Below are positions 29,516 through 32,000 of a stretch of DNA of 32,000 nt, in pieces (position 1 is the stretch's first letter; every line of letters starts with the position of its first letter). Source of the DNA: Synechocystis sp. PCC 6803 substr. PCC-P (GTDB lineage Bacteria > Cyanobacteriota > Cyanobacteriia > Cyanobacteriales > Microcystaceae); assembly GCF_000284455.1 (NCBI RefSeq), contig NC_017039.1:3090001-3122000 (forward strand), in the 5' to 3' direction. Under the pieces are notes generated by a model. That model had not been told where the DNA came from and did not search any database. It worked only from the letters and a program-made list of their open reading frames with translations. The translations under genes were made by a program, and so were the position numbers.

Positions 29516-29763
29516 AACCAACTGCGATTTTGTAGGTGCTGAATGTCCTGTGCTAATTCTTCCACATCGTAGTGAATACAAATTCCCCGATCTGATAGAA
29601 GTTTTTGAAATTCCATAATTTCCATGGAGGAGATTTTACTGGCCCTAGCCAGAGAAATGTGTTCTTGTTCAAATAGGGCAATGGCAATTTCCCGGAGCCA
29701 ATCATTTTGATCAAATTCTCCGATCTGATTTAACCTATCCGGTAGATTTAAGGTGATTTGCAT
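29512..29763 (-). CDS. UPF0175-family antitoxin-like protein; stop overlaps toxin start as ATGA
   Basis: MQITLNLPDRLNQIGEFDQNDWLREIAIALFEQEHISLARASKISSMEIMEFQKLLSDRGICIHYDVEELAQDIQHL. Confidence 0.85.
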   Translation of the reverse strand: MQITLNLPDRLNQIGEFDQNDWLREIAIALFEQEHISLARASKISSMEIMEFQKLLSDRGICIHYDVEELAQDIQHLQNRSWL

Positions 29764-29799
29764 TGGACGACCATCAACCATTACCCTTTGATTCTACTG

Positions 29800-30903
29800 T
29801 TATGCTGTTGCCATAGCCACGATCGCCAAGAGGGTATTGATGAGGTAAAAAGAGCCCACAATTTGGGTTTCGGTCCAGCCACTTAATTCTAAATGGTGGT
29901 GAATTGGAGCCATTTTTAACAACCTTTTGCCGACGCCATCAGGGCCTTTGGTGGCTTTGTAGTAACCCACTTGGGCGATGACGGAGAGGGATTCTGCCAG
30001 AAAAATGCCGCTGATCAACAGCAGTCCCCAGAGGTTGCCGGTCATAATGCCCACCGCTGCCAAACTCCCCCCTAGGGCTAAAGAACCCGTATCCCCCATG
30101 AATACCCGGGCAGGATTGTGGTTATGGTGTACAAAACCAATACAGCCACCGGCCATGGCACAGCAGAAAAAGGCTAGTGCTGGATTTTCTTTCGCCACCA
30201 GTAAACCCAACCCCACAAAGGCGATCGCCCCAGTTCCGGCCGCCAAACCATCCACTCCATCGGTCAGATTGGTCGCATTACTTTCCGCCACTAGGGCAAA
30301 GGTAGCCACTAACCAAAAAAGGAAACCCAGGGGTAAGACAAATTGCATAATGCGAATGTCCGTAATTTCCGTTGGCCCATAAAAAAATAGCCAAGTGCAA
30401 AAAATAACGGCGATCGCCACCTGCAAAAATAATTTTTGTTTCGGGGTTAAACCCTTATTGGATTTGTATTTTAAAATCTGCCAGTCATCCACCCAACCGA
30501 TCGCCATATAGCCCAAAGTCACCAAACCCACCACTATGACATCGGGATTAAACTGGGTTCCCACCACGGCGATCGCCACCGCCACCGGCACAAAGAAAAT
30601 CCCCCCCATGGTAGGAGTCCCGGCCTTTTTCAAATGACTTTGGGGTCCGTCGGACTGAATCACCTGACTAGCTTTCAGGTTTACTAGCATTGGTACCACC
30701 GCCATACCAATGAGAGCTGTAACCAAGGCCGTAAAACCAAGGGCAATCAGTAATTTTCCATTGCTCAACCATGGCATATCCGCCCAGCTACTCAACAGGG
30801 CCATCAGGGCTAAAGCCAATGCCCAGAGCAGGATTAGTAAGGTTTTGCCACTGGGGTTTTTCCAACTGGGAAGGGACGAAGATTTTGCGTTGGCCATAGT
30901 CAA
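29800..30903 (-). CDS. mraY: Phospho-N-acetylmuramoyl-pentapeptide transferase
   Basis: DGPQSHLKKAGTPTMGGIFF; NATNLTDGVDGLAAG; GFVHHNHNPARVFMGDTGSLALGG; KMAPIHHHLELSGWTETQIVGSF. Confidence 0.97.
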   Translation of the reverse strand: MTMANAKSSSLPSWKNPSGKTLLILLWALALALMALLSSWADMPWLSNGKLLIALGFTALVTALIGMAVVPMLVNLKASQVIQSDGPQSHLKKAGTPTMGGIFFVPVAVAIAVVGTQFNPDVIVVGLVTLGYMAIGWVDDWQILKYKSNKGLTPKQKLFLQVAIAVIFCTWLFFYGPTEITDIRIMQFVLPLGFLFWLVATFALVAESNATNLTDGVDGLAAGTGAIAFVGLGLLVAKENPALAFFCCAMAGGCIGFVHHNHNPARVFMGDTGSLALGGSLAAVGIMTGNLWGLLLISGIFLAESLSVIAQVGYYKATKGPDGVGKRLLKMAPIHHHLELSGWTETQIVGSFYLINTLLAIVAMATA

Positions 30904-31009
30904 AAAATTAGTTCAGGGGTTGATCAATGACGTTTTCTCCATCAGACTAGCATCAAGGTTGCTGGCCTTTGGCTGTCGATTTTGCTGACAGATTTAAATA
31001 TCAAGAACC

Positions 31010-32000
31010 ATGCCCTTAATTACCAAACTAAAAAAATATCGACGAAAATATAAACGCTTCTTCTGGCTCGGTTGTGTTGTTTTAGCGCTACTACTGATCA
31101 TTCCTCACCCCAGCCAAGCCCAATTCGTTATGCCCCAAGGTTTTAGTGGCCAGGGCAGTGGCTATAAACCGCCGGAAGTTTCCCGGTATGGTCCCATCGA
31201 AGTGGCTCCGGTACGATCGCCCGTTGACAACGGTTTTCTGTTTGATGTGGCCTCCCCCACTGTGTATAACCGCCAAGAGAATACCAGCCAAATTCCTGTG
31301 GAGCAAAGGGCTCAGGACATTGAAAGCAAATTGGAACTGGCTATTTTCAGACGGGATATGAACCCCGATGACCTAAGGGTAGAAACTTCCCGGCTCAACA
31401 ATGTGGTGGTGGTTACTGTTAGCAATGACGATTATCCCCTCCCCTTGGTGCTAGCTTCCGTTACGGAAAACGATGCAGATTTCAACGGCCAACCCATTGA
31501 TGTTTTAGCGGAGCAATGGCGGGAAAAACTGGACAAAGAAATTCGGCGAGGCCAAGCTAGTACTACCCCAGAAGCCCTAGAACAATCCTTCAAACAGGCT
31601 TTCCAAATATTTGTAGCCCTATTGGTGGCAACGGCTATTGTTGCTAGTATCAAACATTTAATTTCCCGGCATCGTCAACGACTCCTCAATCGTAAACAGG
31701 CGATCGCCGCTGAAAAACAAGCGAATTCCGAAGTTCTGGAAGAAAATCACCCTGATCCCATAGAAGTCAATTATGCTGCCCCGGAAATTTTGGGGGAACA
31801 GCAATGGATATTTTGGCAAAGATTACCCCAAATACTCAGTATCGACCGTAAAATTGGCTTTTGGAAATTTATCCAGTGGCTTTTGTTCTGGGTAATTATC
31901 CTTGGTTGGTACTTTGGCTTATTCGCCATTTTTCGACAAATTCCCGGCTTAGCCACCCTCAGTGGCGCCATTTTGGGTCGCCCCTTGCAATTGCTAATGC
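31010..32000 (+). CDS. Mechanosensitive ion channel (MscS)-like protein, N-terminal part, runs off the window end
   Basis: Continuous frame from ATG 31010: MPLITKLKKYRRKYKRFFWLGCVVLALLLIIPHPSQAQF... signal-like N-term, then TM regions FQIFVALLVATAIVASIKHLI and WLLFWVIILGWYFGLFAIFRQIPGL. Absent from the ORF track because it is open-ended. Confidence 0.75.
   Translation, partial: MPLITKLKKYRRKYKRFFWLGCVVLALLLIIPHPSQAQFVMPQGFSGQGSGYKPPEVSRYGPIEVAPVRSPVDNGFLFDVASPTVYNRQENTSQIPVEQRAQDIESKLELAIFRRDMNPDDLRVETSRLNNVVVVTVSNDDYPLPLVLASVTENDADFNGQPIDVLAEQWREKLDKEIRRGQASTTPEALEQSFKQAFQIFVALLVATAIVASIKHLISRHRQRLLNRKQAIAAEKQANSEVLEENHPDPIEVNYAAPEILGEQQWIFWQRLPQILSIDRKIGFWKFIQWLLFWVIILGWYFGLFAIFRQIPGLATLSGAILGRPLQLLM

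Noticed and set aside
29021-30903. Possible defence island around the toxin-antitoxin-like pair
   Set aside because: Neighbours are housekeeping genes (CruP-like cyclase, mraY) with no nuclease, methyltransferase or ATPase partners.
1-32000. CRISPR array search
   Set aside because: No regularly spaced 25-40 nt repeats. The only long direct repeats are the IS copies, and the only short tandem repeat is the 51-nt coding duplication in the ferredoxin gene.

Overview
Cyanobacterial chromosomal window. The gene content, order and PetM peptide match what I remember of Synechocystis sp. PCC 6803, though I ran no search. Housekeeping genes include a P-type ATPase, corA, an L,D-transpeptidase, polA, a RutC-like protein, gdhA, queF, ycf35 with a ferredoxin, pdxA, petM, tgt, a CruP-like lycopene cyclase paralog, a UPF0175/PIN toxin-antitoxin-like pair, mraY and a partial MscS-like ORF. 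The accessory content is IS-driven. An ISY100-type (IS630/Tc1-mariner) element at 3804-6572 is interrupted by an 871-bp IS5-family element (4149-5019, TSD TTA) and by a second, intact 947-bp ISY100 copy (5192-6138, TSD TA). The outer copy has replaced the last codons of the neighbouring P-type ATPase gene. A second region (about 16.4-18.5 kb) holds a decayed IS701-like transposase, a degenerate IS5-family copy, and a GIY-YIG gene with an in-frame TGA whose frame continues 93 codons up to the IS. A small ORF at 2601-2798 looks like the C-terminal remnant of an IS256/mutator transposase. I found no CRISPR array, no tRNA or rRNA, and no convincing new defence or other biological system. The strongest signals are the nested insertions and their effects on host genes.
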